Below the pieces are notes generated by a model. It did not search any database. It had not been told where the DNA came from and saw nothing but the letters and a program-made list of their open reading frames with translations. A program made the position numbers and the translations under genes. A stretch of DNA of 64,000 nucleotides from Styela clava (taxonomy: Eukaryota): the NCBI RefSeq assembly GCF_964204865.1, contig NC_135254.1:1426001-1490000 (forward strand), in the 5' to 3' direction. Within the stretch, counting starts at the first letter, position 1. Each line of letters opens with the position of its first letter. This document shows positions 35,991-49,234 of the stretch, piece by piece.

Positions 35991-38936
35991 ATGTCCACAA
36001 CCCCTAGTCGATACCTCGAAATATCCGATATCGACACAGTATCATCCAGCTTCTTATTGTCAGATCTTATTATTTTACATCTTAACATAAGATCCGTGGC
36101 TAAATATGCGGATGACCTGATAGAACTTATATCTAATTTTCATATCGCACCACAAATTATCGCCTTAAGCGAAACTAGGATCCATATTGAGGGTACCATT
36201 AGCAAAATTGACATTCCTGGTTACATATTCATTCACGCTCCCTCCCCAACTCAAGCGGGTGGTGTGGGATTTTACATTAAAAATACCGTGAATTATCAAA
36301 TAAGTCATGAATTCAACCTATCTTTTCAAAACTGTGAGGACCTGTGGATCGAGATGAAGTATTCCCAACCAAACTCAAAAATCCTAAGCCTCATTATTGG
36401 TGTGATTTATAAGCACCCTAAGCGAAACATTCCATCTTTCACTGGGGCAATGGCTAGTTTATTTGACAAGTTGGCTTTAGCCAAAAAGCAATTCTTAATC
36501 CTAGGAGACTTTAATATAAACCTTCTTGATAATCATGACAACTCGACTTCTCAATATTTAGATATGCTCATGTCCAAGTTCGTGTTTCCAATTATCACAA
36601 AACCCACAAGAGTCACCTCATCCTCCCATACATTGATAGACCATATATATACCAACACCACAAAATTTTGTTCGTCATTTATTCTTCTCAGTGATCTTAC
36701 TGATCATTTCCCAATAATGTGTATTCTACCAACAACTAATGTCAATGTTAAGACAAAAAGTCGCATGAAACGTGACATGGCTAAATTTTCTGCAGATTCA
36801 TTCAGATCTGAAGTTGAGTCGATGTGTGACAATTACACCAGTGCTATCTTAGGAGAGGAAAATTTCAATAGCTCATTTGATCTCTTTCTTAACCATCTCA
36901 AGTGGCTAATTAACAAACATGCACCATTGAGACCCTTCTCTCGTCGAGAAAATAAATTATATTCTAAACCTTGGATCACCAGAGGAATCCGAAGGTCCAT
37001 TAAAAACAAAAATAATATGTTTAAAAAAAAGTACTTGAATGGTAATACTACTAATCGTCTGTACTTTAAAAATTACAAAAACATTTTGACGCATTTACAA
37101 CGAAAATCTAAACAAATGTATTATCACAATATCCTTGAGAACAACAGAGGAGATGTTAAACGAACTTGGAAAACCATAAATGACATTATCAGAGTCAAGT
37201 CCAGGGGTGAAACTACCATCCCTGAAGTGCTACTTGAAAATGGTACCTCTGTCACAGACCCAGTTCTAGTGGCTGCAGAATTCAACAAATTCTTCTCGAC
37301 TATAGGAAAGAAGCTTGCAGACAAAATCCCATATAGCTCAAAATCTTTTATGGAATTCTTGGGTACTCCTCTGAAGAATTCTTTTTTCCTCGAGCAAACA
37401 ACACCATCGGAAGTTTTTCATACCATTAAGAATCTGAAAAAGGTCAAAGCAGTTGGTCACGATGGCATCTCCTCTTACTTCCTGAAAATAGTTGGTGATA
37501 TTATTTCACCAGCACTAAGTCTTTTATTCAATAATTCTTTTCGTTCAGGAATATTTCCTTCGTCTTTAAAGATAGCCAGAGTTATACCAATATTTAAAAA
37601 TGGCAACAAAAATAATCCCTCAAATTATAGACCAATTTCTGTCTTATCTTCTATTGGCATTATTTTGGAAAAATTATTGCATACTAGAATGATCAGTTTT
37701 TGTACCAAATTTAACCTAATCGACAAAAGTCAATTTGGATTTCAGACTAGTCACTCAACAAGTCATGCTATTCTTGACGTTGCTTCATACATTTATGATA
37801 AAATAGACAAAGGCGAGTTCGTCTGCTGCACTTTTTTAGATCTTAAAAAAGCTTTCGATACAGTGAATCACAGTATCCTTACTCATAAGTTAGCACATTA
37901 CGGTTTCAGAGGTACCGCGGGCAAATTACTATGTGATTACCTGGCCAATAGATTCCAATATGTTGAATTGGGTTCCTATAGATCTCCAATGATGCCCATT
38001 CATTGTGGAATTGTGCAAGGATCTGTACTTGGACCTCTTGCGTTTCTGAATTTCATAAACGACTTATCTAACAGCTCAAATCTTTTGAGCAAATTATTTG
38101 CTGATGACGCTTGTCTGCTTGCCAGTGCGACAGATTTGACCACATTACAAAATAAGGTGAACACTGAAATGAATAAAATACATGACTGGATGACATGCAA
38201 TAAACTTACAGTAAATATAGATAAATCTAAAGTCATGTTATTCAGTCCAAACTCTCGCATTAGACATATGAATTTTTCAATAAAAATTAAAGGCTCCGAA
38301 TTGGAAATAGTCTCGTCTTATAAATATCTTGGGCTCCACATTGATAGTCAGTTAAAATGGAATACACACACCACTGAAATCCATAGAAAACTGTCAAGAT
38401 CCGTAGGGATTTTAGGAAAGCTAAAAAATTATTTACAAAATTCCACCTTGAGAACCGTTTACTTTGCACTTTTTCAATCTCATATACAATATGCCATAGC
38501 TGCTTGGGGCTCTACAACTCAGTCCAACATGCATAGATTAGAGGTTTTACAGAATAGAGCCGTTAGAATCCTCGCTAGAGCACCATATCGTTCGAATTTA
38601 AATTATTCATACCATAAAACTAGAGTGCTTAAATTGACTGACATCCATAAACTAGAAATCTCAAAAATTATGCATCAATTTCAAAACAATCAATTACCAG
38701 CAGCTTTTGACAATTATTTTGTCTCGCTAAGTTCAGTGCATGAACATAACACTCGTTCTTCAACAAGGCAAAACTACTTTGTTCCTCGCTTCTCACTTGC
38801 CAAATCCCAAAAGTCCCTCAAATTCATAGGTGTGCGAATTTGGAATAACCTACCCCAAACCCTACGTGATTCTTCTTATGCCACTTTCAAAATAGAGTAT
38901 AAAAAACTCATGATTTCCACCTACCGGTCCAGTTGA
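35991..38936 (+). CDS. LINE ORF2p: APE endonuclease + reverse transcriptase, 981 aa, uninterrupted
   Basis: HLNIRS, LSET, ILGDFN, TLIDH, TDHFP; NYRPIS, DLKKAFDTV, QGSVLGP, LFADDA, YKYLG. Confidence 0.95.
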   Translation: MSTTPSRYLEISDIDTVSSSFLLSDLIILHLNIRSVAKYADDLIELISNFHIAPQIIALSETRIHIEGTISKIDIPGYIFIHAPSPTQAGGVGFYIKNTVNYQISHEFNLSFQNCEDLWIEMKYSQPNSKILSLIIGVIYKHPKRNIPSFTGAMASLFDKLALAKKQFLILGDFNINLLDNHDNSTSQYLDMLMSKFVFPIITKPTRVTSSSHTLIDHIYTNTTKFCSSFILLSDLTDHFPIMCILPTTNVNVKTKSRMKRDMAKFSADSFRSEVESMCDNYTSAILGEENFNSSFDLFLNHLKWLINKHAPLRPFSRRENKLYSKPWITRGIRRSIKNKNNMFKKKYLNGNTTNRLYFKNYKNILTHLQRKSKQMYYHNILENNRGDVKRTWKTINDIIRVKSRGETTIPEVLLENGTSVTDPVLVAAEFNKFFSTIGKKLADKIPYSSKSFMEFLGTPLKNSFFLEQTTPSEVFHTIKNLKKVKAVGHDGISSYFLKIVGDIISPALSLLFNNSFRSGIFPSSLKIARVIPIFKNGNKNNPSNYRPISVLSSIGIILEKLLHTRMISFCTKFNLIDKSQFGFQTSHSTSHAILDVASYIYDKIDKGEFVCCTFLDLKKAFDTVNHSILTHKLAHYGFRGTAGKLLCDYLANRFQYVELGSYRSPMMPIHCGIVQGSVLGPLAFLNFINDLSNSSNLLSKLFADDACLLASATDLTTLQNKVNTEMNKIHDWMTCNKLTVNIDKSKVMLFSPNSRIRHMNFSIKIKGSELEIVSSYKYLGLHIDSQLKWNTHTTEIHRKLSRSVGILGKLKNYLQNSTLRTVYFALFQSHIQYAIAAWGSTTQSNMHRLEVLQNRAVRILARAPYRSNLNYSYHKTRVLKLTDIHKLEISKIMHQFQNNQLPAAFDNYFVSLSSVHEHNTRSSTRQNYFVPRFSLAKSQKSLKFIGVRIWNNLPQTLRDSSYATFKIEYKKLMISTYRSS

Positions 38937-41900
38937 ATTTGCAAAGTGAATTCTCCAGGATTACTTGATCATACAATGAGTTTACTCGACTTGATCCACA
39001 GTCCTCGAGTCCAAGTAACCTGTAATAAACATTTTACTATTCTTAATAAATGGAATTATCAATGTTTATTTGGCAAATTTTTCGGATATCTACTTAAAAT
39101 ACTTTTATTGATATATATTGTTAATATACTGACTCACTTATGCCCTCACAGATATATGTGGAGGTACATTTACGCTTTTTCAAAAACAAAATGTCTCAAA
39201 AATAAGAGCCAGCATATGCCAGGATTCTGGTTCCAGTAGATTTGACAGCACAGTCTAGGCCAAAATGGGATTATGTTGATCAGCTGTCCGACTGACCCAT
39301 ATTATTAGTATATTTATTTTATATGTTTGTAATTCTGTGAATTTTCCATTTTTATAATTGAGTGACTTATATATTCTGCATGAATTGCCTTATCATAGTA
39401 GGCTATTGTACTGCTGTGACTTTAAATTTATGTAATTTATTGACATAAATTCTGCATGAACTGTCCTATTGAACTGTTGAACAGTTGTGTATATACATTT
39501 TTTTATTCAATGATTTCTATATTCTACATGACCTATTCGATCGCACTTCAGAACCGTTGTGATTTAAAATTCTGAAATTAGTTATATTTATGCCACACAA
39601 AATGACTATTTGTAAGTAATGTAACTCAATGCAATTACCTGGTTTAGTGATCTCTTAATCCGTTGCCCAAACCTGTAGATACATTTTATTCTTTTTTCTC
39701 TCTTCATATTATCCTCGTGTACAAATTCGTCCCCAGCCTTTATGAACCATGCATCAGCACAGGGCCGGTACCGTCCAACTCAGCTTGCAATATGGTGCTC
39801 CAGTCACTTAGACGTTACCGTATTTGTGCCGTAGTTGTCATGGTTATCTGCCAGTCGGCGTTCGGAGTCTTTTGCTTAGTGAGTCCGGAAATATCCGGTC
39901 TTTTTAAACATATTTCTGCCAATGTTAGTATTTTGGCGTCCGACTCCTCACTTTAGTATTGTATTTAGTTCGATTTTTGTTCTTGTATAACCCAATGTTA
40001 GACTATTCATAGGTGTCGTTGCTCGATAACCAATGCTGGTTTATCGCGTCCCCTTTCACCCTGAAATGCATTATTTTCCTCTCTTTTCTTATCTCGTTCT
40101 GTATGTACAGTGTGTATTTCTTGGTGATAAAATAAATTACTGATTACTGATTACCCTTTATAGATCCAGTATCCCCACTACAATTCCTAAATCCTAAAAT
40201 ATTTCTATTAGATTTGATATTAGTTGCTAATAGCTCAGCTATAAACAGATATAAATATGGTGCTAAGGGGCATCCTTGTCTCACTCCTCTTGTTAGCAAA
40301 AAATCTTGAGACAGGTATCCATTGGTAATAATTTTTAAACGAGTGTTACGATGCAGAATTTGAATCCATTTTAAAAAATATTCGCCGAAGCCCAATTTTC
40401 GTAAAAGTCGTATTACTAATTCACGGTCGACCGTGTCATATGCTTTCTCTTGGTCGATAGAGAATATAATAAGAAGTAGATTTTGTTGATTAGCCCAGAA
40501 GATGTCATCCCTAAGAGTTATCAAATTTTCATGAATCACCCTGCCAAAAATAAATCCAGTTTGATCTTGTCCAATTAGTTCCGGCAATACATTTTTTAAT
40601 CTATTTGCTAATAATTTTGCTATGAGTTTATATTCAAAATTTAACAAGGATATTGGGCGCCAGTTTTTTAAATCATCTTTGTCTCCACTTTTATATAAAA
40701 GTGTTATGACACCTAAAGCTGAATCGTGAGACATTTCACCTATATTATGAAAGCTTTTATAAAGAAGAAGTAGAATCGGTTTGAGTTGTTTCCAAAATTT
40801 AGCGTAAAACTCTTTCGTCAAGCCATCTATGCCCGGTGATTTGTTATCTTTCATATCTCGGAATGTTTCATCCAATTCTTTATCCGTAATTTATCTTTCT
40901 AAAGAGTCTTTTCCAAGATTTGTCAATTTTTTTTCAAATTTTTGGATTAAGCTATTTTGGGATGTTTTATCAATACTTCTTACTGTATAACTTATGATAA
41001 AAAGAAATCTGAGTATCTTGAATTTCTTTCAGAGAGTAAACCAAACTTCCATTCGGCTTTCTCACGGCTCTAAACATACGCTTCTTTCCATTTGATTTCT
41101 CTAAATTCAAAAAGTATTTGGTAGATTTTTCACCTTTTTTGCCCACTTTATGCGCGACCTTATAATTGCACCATTGGTTTTAGTTTTATAATGCAGTTTA
41201 ATTTGTTTTTCTAGTTCCTGTACCTTTTTCGATATTTTGTCATCTTCAATGTACCTTAACATTTCATCATATGCTATCCTGTATTTGAGTAATAGTTCTT
41301 GCTCTAATTCATTTTCCTGTTGGTATTTTATTTTAGCACAGTGTATCGCCCATGTTTTTATTTTATTTTTACAAATATCTCAATAAGAACCCCTCTCTGA
41401 TCCATCTAGTAGTTTTAATTGGAAGTGCCACTTCTTCAAAATTGCAATAATTCCTTGACAGAATTCCTCAAATTTGTTTAATTCCGAATTGTATTTCCAA
41501 CAGCCAGGGCCATGTTTCATGTTAGTTAAAGATAGTATACTAAGTATGACAGGAAAATGATCAGATATTGCATTCACCTGAATCTGGACATTTTTTACAT
41601 TGACTGTTTCTATGCATGATATATACTATTGATCCAGCCTGCTTTTATCTACATAATTGTTATTACGTTTTTGCATCCAAGTATATTGTTTCGTTTTACT
41701 GTTAAATTTTCTCCAAATATCAATCAAATTCCAATTCTGTATTAGGTTTTGTATCTTTTTTGTACTGCTATCTATTCTATAGTTTTGTTCTGGGAATTTA
41801 TCATTTTTATCCAAAACACAATTGAAATCACCCCCCATAATAATAGAATATTGTGCATTTCCTATTTAACTTACTAATTCTCCTATTTTATTTTCTATTA

Positions 41901-44439
41901 ATACAAACAATTCAGATCGATCATGGCACCTATTTGGAGCATACACATTATTCAAAATAATATTGGTTTCAGAAGATTTGCACCAACCACCATACTTTAT
42001 AAATCGATCATTTTCATCTATTTCCACTTTTTCAAAATCCAATTCGAAAATAAGATGCCTACACCGGAAGAAATATTAAAAAATGTAGTCCAAATTGCAT
42101 ACCTGCTCCATTCTTTGGTCCATTTGGCAGATTCTACTTCGCTTTCACAGTGGGTTTCCTGGAGAAATGTAATATCCGCTCCAGTTCGTTTCAGATAATC
42201 TAGTACTGATTTACGCTTTATATGCTGTCTGATACCTTTGACATTAAATGTCAAGAGTGTAACCGGTAAATTATGCATAGCGGACTGCCTAATCCCCCTG
42301 CCCTATTGATATATGAAGTGAAAATAAACAAATTAAAAAAAAAAAAAAGTACCTGAAAATTGATAAAACTGTAGTACGGCTAAAACAGAAACCTGTTAGT
42401 TCATCATCATTATGATAATTTATTAGGTTTTAGGGAAGTTTATCAATACTGATCTATTTATGAGGCTTGCGTCAACGATTTAGGCTTATTCAAGATATTT
42501 TCTATTGTTTCCATGTTTTCCAAAATGGGTTGAGATGATGTTCCAGGGATATCATCTATTGTGTATTGTGATTTGACGTTTTTTTATTCGCTCCGCACAT
42601 GTTTAGTGTTGTGTATTGAAGCTGGATTGTCTTCATCATCTTCCTCATTTCTTTTATGTTTCCCTTCTCTGAGGTTTACAAATGGACATATGTTTTCAAG
42701 TACTTTCTCCGCTCCGTCATCAGTGAGATGAATCATGTCGTCCTCGAAATAGCTATCTATTAATTTACCTTCAGAGAAACATTCGGGTTTTTTCGTATGT
42801 AAACTACGTGTTGTCCCCATGCTTCTTGTATTGTTTCATTTAGTCTGTCAGATCCTTCTGGTCCTTTACTACGCCCGCGGACAGGCACAATTCCATATAT
42901 ATAGACTGTTTCGGCATTTTGCTTCGCTTTCTTTATCATGTTTGTTATGGCTTTCTTTTTCTTTGTGTATAGGTATGGACTAATTTCGTTTGTTCCGGTG
43001 TATATTACAATTTTTTCAAATTTCTTAGTTTGTTTTTCAAAAATTTCGGCAGTATCTGCAAATTTTCCTCCAAGAACATGTGCAGTAAAAACTTTTGACT
43101 TATCTGTTTTATGTTTCAAGCGCTTCACTTGTGAGTCTCCAATGAGAAGAATCTTCTGACCTTGAGACTGATCCGAGATGCTTGTTGCATTTCACTCATC
43201 CACTGTTATGGGATTTCCTTTTTTCTGAGATTGTGTAGCTTGTTTAGGTGTTTGACTACTTTGTTTTTTTTTGGTAGAACTATTAACTCGTTTACTGCTG
43301 TTATTGATTTTTGCTTGGTTTTTCAGTCCATGTTGTATTTCAGATATTGTTCGTTGTGACTGTGATCTGGCAATCAGTTCAGGGGGTTGTTCTGTTTCTT
43401 TGTTGTTTGTAACGACTTTATTTTCTTGAGGATTTGTTACAGTTTTTTGAATTAGTGTCTCTGTTGTATTGTTGGTCGGCTGATTATCTTTATCTGGTGA
43501 TTGTGGAGCTTCGTTCATATTATTTTTTTTGTTCTCGCTTTCTTTTTAAACAGTCTTTTTCCAAATGTGGCTTCTCTTCTCCACCACAGTATCGACATCG
43601 CCTTCTTCTAGGGCATTGCTCCACCTCGTGTGTTATCGAGTGACAAATATAGCACCAATTGCAGTATTTTTTAAAATTTTGAGGTCTTGTTGGATAGAAC
43701 ACATTAATTTCTTCACCAGTATATTTCTTTGGTAGTCTTATTTTGGGGGGAATTTCATTTTCTAGGGTCATTTTGCATCTTCTTGTGCTATTCTCCACAC
43801 CATCTTCATCAGTATCTCTTTTTATGTGTTTGACTTGTCCGAATTGGGTTAAAAGTTCAATTATTTTAGTATCAGGTATCTCTTGTGGTAATTTACTAAT
43901 AGTTACATTTGTAACATTTGAGAATACCTCTTCAGGATAGGCTGTATATTCTTTGCCTTCAAATTCATATTTTACTCCATTCACCATAATTTTTTTGCAC
44001 GCTTCTTCAGTCTTAAATTTCACTCTCCAGATGTTGGATAGTGGATACATACAACTGTACAAGATATACATCCTTGACCTGCATTGTTAATTGTTATATA
44101 TCAGATTTTTCACTTGGTCTCTCTCCATCCATGTACAATTGTCGAATTTTATGTTTACTGTATTGATTTGCTCCACATTCCCATCTTCATCGTCGTCCAT
44201 AATGGACGTTTTTGTCTGGACGCTTTATAAATTGACTGTGTTCCAGACAACTAGTTTTGTATATTACGGTTATTCAATCAAACAGCGCGAGAGCCTCTTA
44301 ATCAAATAGCCTTTGCTTTGCACTACACATGTATCGATATGAACGGGTGTATATCAGATACCGGTACCGTACTTACTGACTTACCGGAGCTAACCCGGTG
44401 GGTGTCTATTTTATCTTGCAACTGACAGGAGCCAAATGG

Positions 44440-45000
44440 ACGTTTTTGTTTTATTACCGCCCAGTAACAAAGTCACGTGACCCGTGCAAGTCCTCCATAC
44501 ACTGAAAAGGCTGCTCTTTTTACGAGCGCGTAAACGTGGTGACGTACAGACGGCCCTGGGAATTTCCGATTCTTACCCTCCCGACCCCCTCTTCTGAAAA
44601 TCTCGCTAAAATGTTTTGTATCAGTTGTGCATTTGAGCAAATTTATATGTCTTCTATGGAATTGGTTTTTTTGTGTGCGATGACGTCATCAAAAATTGCG
44701 TCCGGTTGTGGTTCCGCTTTTGTGATAGCCTACGCCCTACAGTGACAGATTGCATACCGGTACCTGTACTACAGTACCGGTATTCTGTTTTGGCTTTTAT
44801 GTCTATATACTGAATATATCTGAGCCTCGCTCTCTTGTTGAATGGCTAAGAGGCAGCCGAGATGCGTGGTCAGGGTAACATCATTTCACTTGGCAGCACG
44901 CTCTGGTGTTAGAGTACCGGTACCGCAGACTTTCTGACTAGAATTTTTCGTCGACTACTGAATTGTTCGCTTATCGAGTCTTTTAAGAATGGAGTATATC
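44440..45000. promoter_or_regulatory. Candidate CpG-richer promoter/enhancer cluster
   Basis: GTCACGTGAC at 44472-44481, GGGAATTTCC at 44558-44567, GATGACGTCATC at 44679-44690. Motif matches only. Confidence 0.35.
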
Positions 45001-48000
45001 TGTATTTCTGAATCATGGAAAAAATAAGCTCTTTTTGAAATCTGTAATGCTCGTTACTGGAAAATTATTTGCAAACAAGGATATCACAGGAGTTTGTAGG
45101 TATGGGAGTATTGGATAATTTCATGTAGGACAGTAGGAATTACTTTCATCGGGAAGAGTAAATTGGATCCTTCAACCTCATGGTATGGATATCTCGGGTC
45201 TCGTGAAGCAAAGGCCATAACTGCTGTGATGTGAAAATGAACGCTGTAAGTGCTCAAATAACGCCAAACAAAAATGTAACCCAGATTTTCATTTTGTTCT
45301 AAAAATAAAAGCTTGTCTTGTGCGAACACACTACGCTGAACGCATGGGACAAATGCGAAGCGGACAACTCGACTCACTTTCGAAGGCGACGTTTTAAGAC
45401 AATACCGGTGTAATTTCGATCTTTTCACATTAAAATTTCACATCACATTTTTGTAGGGTGTTGTTTGAGAATTTAGGATGTTCATTTCACATCACATTTT
45501 TGTTAGGCGTTTTCAATCAGTTACGGCGTTTACTTCACTAGACCCGATATCTCTTTATCTGTTTATTATACCTGTTTGAATATACTTGTTGTTTATAGCG
45601 ATATTTTGAAAGTCCAAAATAGTGGCAAATAAACTGATAGTTGAGGTATTAGGTTTTCTTTTAGTCACTTTGGGAACTGTTTATTAAAAATAGTAACATA
45701 CAATTACATTTAATTTCTAGGGCATTTTGGGGTTGTCAGTCGCGTACCAGGACTGACTGGTTACCGGTATATGCAGTACGGCACACTCCGGATTTATGGC
45801 TGTATTTTGTAACATAAACAAATACACTCTCGTCTCTGAAATCAGGGCAGTCGAGTCGATAGGAAGCGCGATGCGTGAAAACGTCAGATGTCTGGGACTA
45901 CATCACAGAAAGTCAAGCACGGCTCTTGAATTTTGCTAATTTTTCACAAATGTATACTGCCCTATATGATTACACATACATGTATTTCTGAACCATTTTT
46001 ATTCAGTTCAATGTCGGATGTGCCTATTAAAATAATGGCGCGTAAACACAAGAGTCTGTGGATAAAAAAATTACTTTTGAATAATTGTTGTATAACGATG
46101 CACGATATCAAAGTTTTTTTTTCACTAATTAAATTAATTTTGATAGTTTTCATTAGGGCTCGATCGATATATCGGCCTTGTTTTTTGCAAATTTCGAACT
46201 GTTGGTATCGACTAATTTTACCGATAGTTATCGGCCAATCATGTGACTGCCAAAGTAAGCAGTATTATCGTTTGTCTAAGATGTCTCCTAATGCCTGGTG
46301 GCATGTACCGTAAGTATCTTCTTTCCTGAGATAAACATGTAAATCCTGTATGCGCCAGTGGGACTATTTATTATTACATAGGAGTCCATGCATCTGAAAC
46401 AAATTAATTTGTTTGCCAATGGGACTGAAACCTATGGGCGGGAGGTATATTCATTTGGCTAACACAGACAGTTCATGAACTCATAATAGAACTATGATAA
46501 GGAAAATCGGAATAAAATTATGCCCTAAGCCTAACCTGGTACACACACTACGGGAGTGCCAAGGAATTAGAATTAACTTTTCCCAACATGGTCCGGTACC
46601 AGAGGCTGTGGTTTGCTGTATGAATGAGCCGTCTTTTTCTCTTTAGGGAGAAATACAACATATCTTTGTGGCTGGCCAGAATAATTTGTGCTTGGTATAT
46701 TTTCTTTAATACTGGCTGATAGTGCTCTGAACAGTGATCAGTGAAGTGTGACTGGCCAGAATAATTTGTGCTTGGTATATTTTATTCAATACTGGCTGAT
46801 AAGTGGGCCGGTTACAGATAATAGACTTGGTTACTGGGCCGAAGGCTTAAAACTCAATATGAAAAACTGAATAAAAAGATTTATTTACAACAGCTAGGCT
46901 AACTAACGTTTATATAAAGCACAATGTCACAATTGAGGTCACTAAAACTATAGTTGTAATTTAAGCAGGAACTCTTCGGTTGGCCGGATCCGACCTACGG
47001 TCTATCATTTTGACCCCCCCTTATATTGCCGCGTGTATATGAGTACCTTTTGGGTCGCTAGAAAACGAGGCTGGAACCAACTGATTGAGCTGTGAAGCAA
47101 ATAATGTCATAACTTTCTTAAGTTGTAGACCCCCCACTATTAATATTGCCGCCATGTATATGAGTAACTTTTGTAACATTTCTTAAGATTTATTCTGCAT
47201 ACCTTTTGGGTCTTTCTTAAGATGTAGTTTGTATACCCTTGAAAACGAGGTTGGGATCCAAAAACCAACTGATTAAGCTGTGAAGCAAATAATATCATCT
47301 TCAAGGAATCTTAAGTTTGCCATTCTTGAATTTATAATTTTGATAAAATAATTTTTGGGAGAACTGTTTCACGAATAATATTCACTTAGAATTGTGTATG
47401 AACTGAATTACTAGAGATTGCAAATACATAATTAATTGGTTGTTCATGTTACTGTGGAATTGATTTAATTTTACTAATTTTGCATTTCTTTTTATTTTAT
47501 TTGCATGGTATTGTGTCAGGTATATTTGATGTTTTTATGACTTTTTGGTTAAGCAGGTGTAACTCAACTATGAAATTTGTCCCTGGGTGCTAGTCTATCT
47601 TGGGTATTGGAATATGTAATATTTATTCACCAGCTGTTACATTAATAGTAACTGTACAACAGCGATCACCGCACATAGTTATCTCCCACAGGATTCGAAC
47701 AAGATAAGCAAAATCATATTTGCACTGTCGTGCTTTATTTGATTCTACTTGGTAGGTTCAAATGCTACCAAACCAGATTGTACTGGAATATCCTGCACAT
47801 ACCTGTGGTATTCTACTTAGTTAGTTTGCTTGGTGGAAACCTTTGTGCACTTTAGTGTTGTAGAATAGGTTGAGAATTCTTGGAAAAACTTACCGGTAGG
47901 TTCCTAGGTTCTTCCTTGTCCATATACCTGTACAAATAATTTATTTTGAAATAATTTTGTATGAGGATTTTTTTGGTTGTATTACATTTGTATGGTATTG

Positions 48001-49234
48001 TGTCTGTTAGGTTTTAGCACAGTTTTTGGCAAATGCTCGGGTCGCGAGATGTTAGAAATATTTTTAGGGTTGTGCCAATCGCGACAGAAAGTGCTTACAG
48101 AACCTGAGTTAGGTGATATTAGTCCGTAAGTGGTTCAGAGCACAAAAAAGGAACTCTGGAACTGTGCTTTTAGGATAGGATATGATTTACATATTCATCC
48201 TGAGGGAGGAGGCGGCGAGGAGTCCAGCAATCCTCGCGCATAATCCACGCGGAGTAATTAGAGTTGTGATGGCGAGCGTATTCCTAACGCTCAGCACGAT
48301 GAGCCGCACTGCCACGCCGCTTGTGCTGAGTTAAATGGAACGTTTTAAATACTTTACTGCTGGTTGTTATTCTCAGTTCAAATCTCTATCTTGGTTAAAG
48401 TTTCAATTTTGGGGTGCAAGCACTTGTGCACTGAGACCTGTGTTCCACAATAATTAGGGCCTTTTCAACAAGAGCCATAATATTGGCAACGAATTTTATG
48501 TGTGGGCAGTCGATCTCGAATGCTTTTTTTTGTAAATGGAAAGTTGGGATAATTACGAAATGTAAGCAGTTGGTTAGAGAAAGTGAGATTTACAGAAATA
48601 TTGCTTTATTTATCTTTTGTCATTTCGGATCATATTTTGGTTTTAGTTTCGATGCTGTTTTAGTTTGCGGTACCCCCCGAAGTATGTGTACCAGGTTAGG
48701 GTTAGGCCATAATTTTAGGTACAAATACTACGGGATTCACGTGTCTAGTCTCCGAACTCATAACAAGGGCCATAATTTGTTTATGCAACGGCAGGTGATT
48801 TTCTTTTGGTAAAAGGAAATTGTTCTGGATTAAATACTTACCAAACTTTAGGAAGCTGGTTGGAGAATGTGAGTTAACAGAAATATTGTTTGTCATGATT
48901 CGGGACTCATGAATGTAACATTTTTTACAAACATACAAACCATCTCAGCTGCATCAGATGTCTGTGCACAAATGTAAGAGACAAATTAAACCAGGATGGG
49001 CTAAATAGGCCTATAGTTTCATACAGACATAGTGATGCACACATTTCAGAAATTCTTCTGTTTAAAATCGATAGTGGGAATTGTTGTCTTGTTCTAGAAT
49101 AGCAATGCAATTCATCACAGTAAAACCATAGTAGCTTATGTCACATTCTTCAGAAATTTTTATTTTATCTGTTGTCATTTTGGATGATATATTGGATTTA
49201 GTTTCGAAGCTGTTTTTGTTTTGATTTCAGATAG

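Larger units (their letters stand above)
34663..40144 (+). mobile_element. Intact full-length L2/CR1-group (Crack/Daphne-like) LINE
   Basis: Short 5' UTR, two open ORFs, ~1.2-kb 3' UTR with terminal stem-loop (CGATAACC...GGTTTATCG) and tail AAATAAATTACTGATTACTG. Confidence 0.9.
33400..44300 (-). mobile_element. Decayed near full-length Tx1/L1-clade LINE (ORF1 with zinc knuckles + SGNH esterase; ORF2 APE-RT), interrupted by an L2/CR1 LINE
   Basis: ORF1 from ~44200 has CYICHSITHEVEQC and CRYCGGEEKPHLEKDC. ORF2 from 42278 has FNVKGI, FLQETH, GGDFN, SDHFPV, KSPGIDG, NWRPISLLN, DQEKAYD, GVRQGCPL, then YADD at 34661 after the insertion. Ends are approximate. Confidence 0.88.

Noticed and set aside
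35116-38469. Antisense ORFs within the LINE, and similar ones inside the NLR and copia ORFs
   Set aside because: They are short shadow frames opposite real coding sequence.
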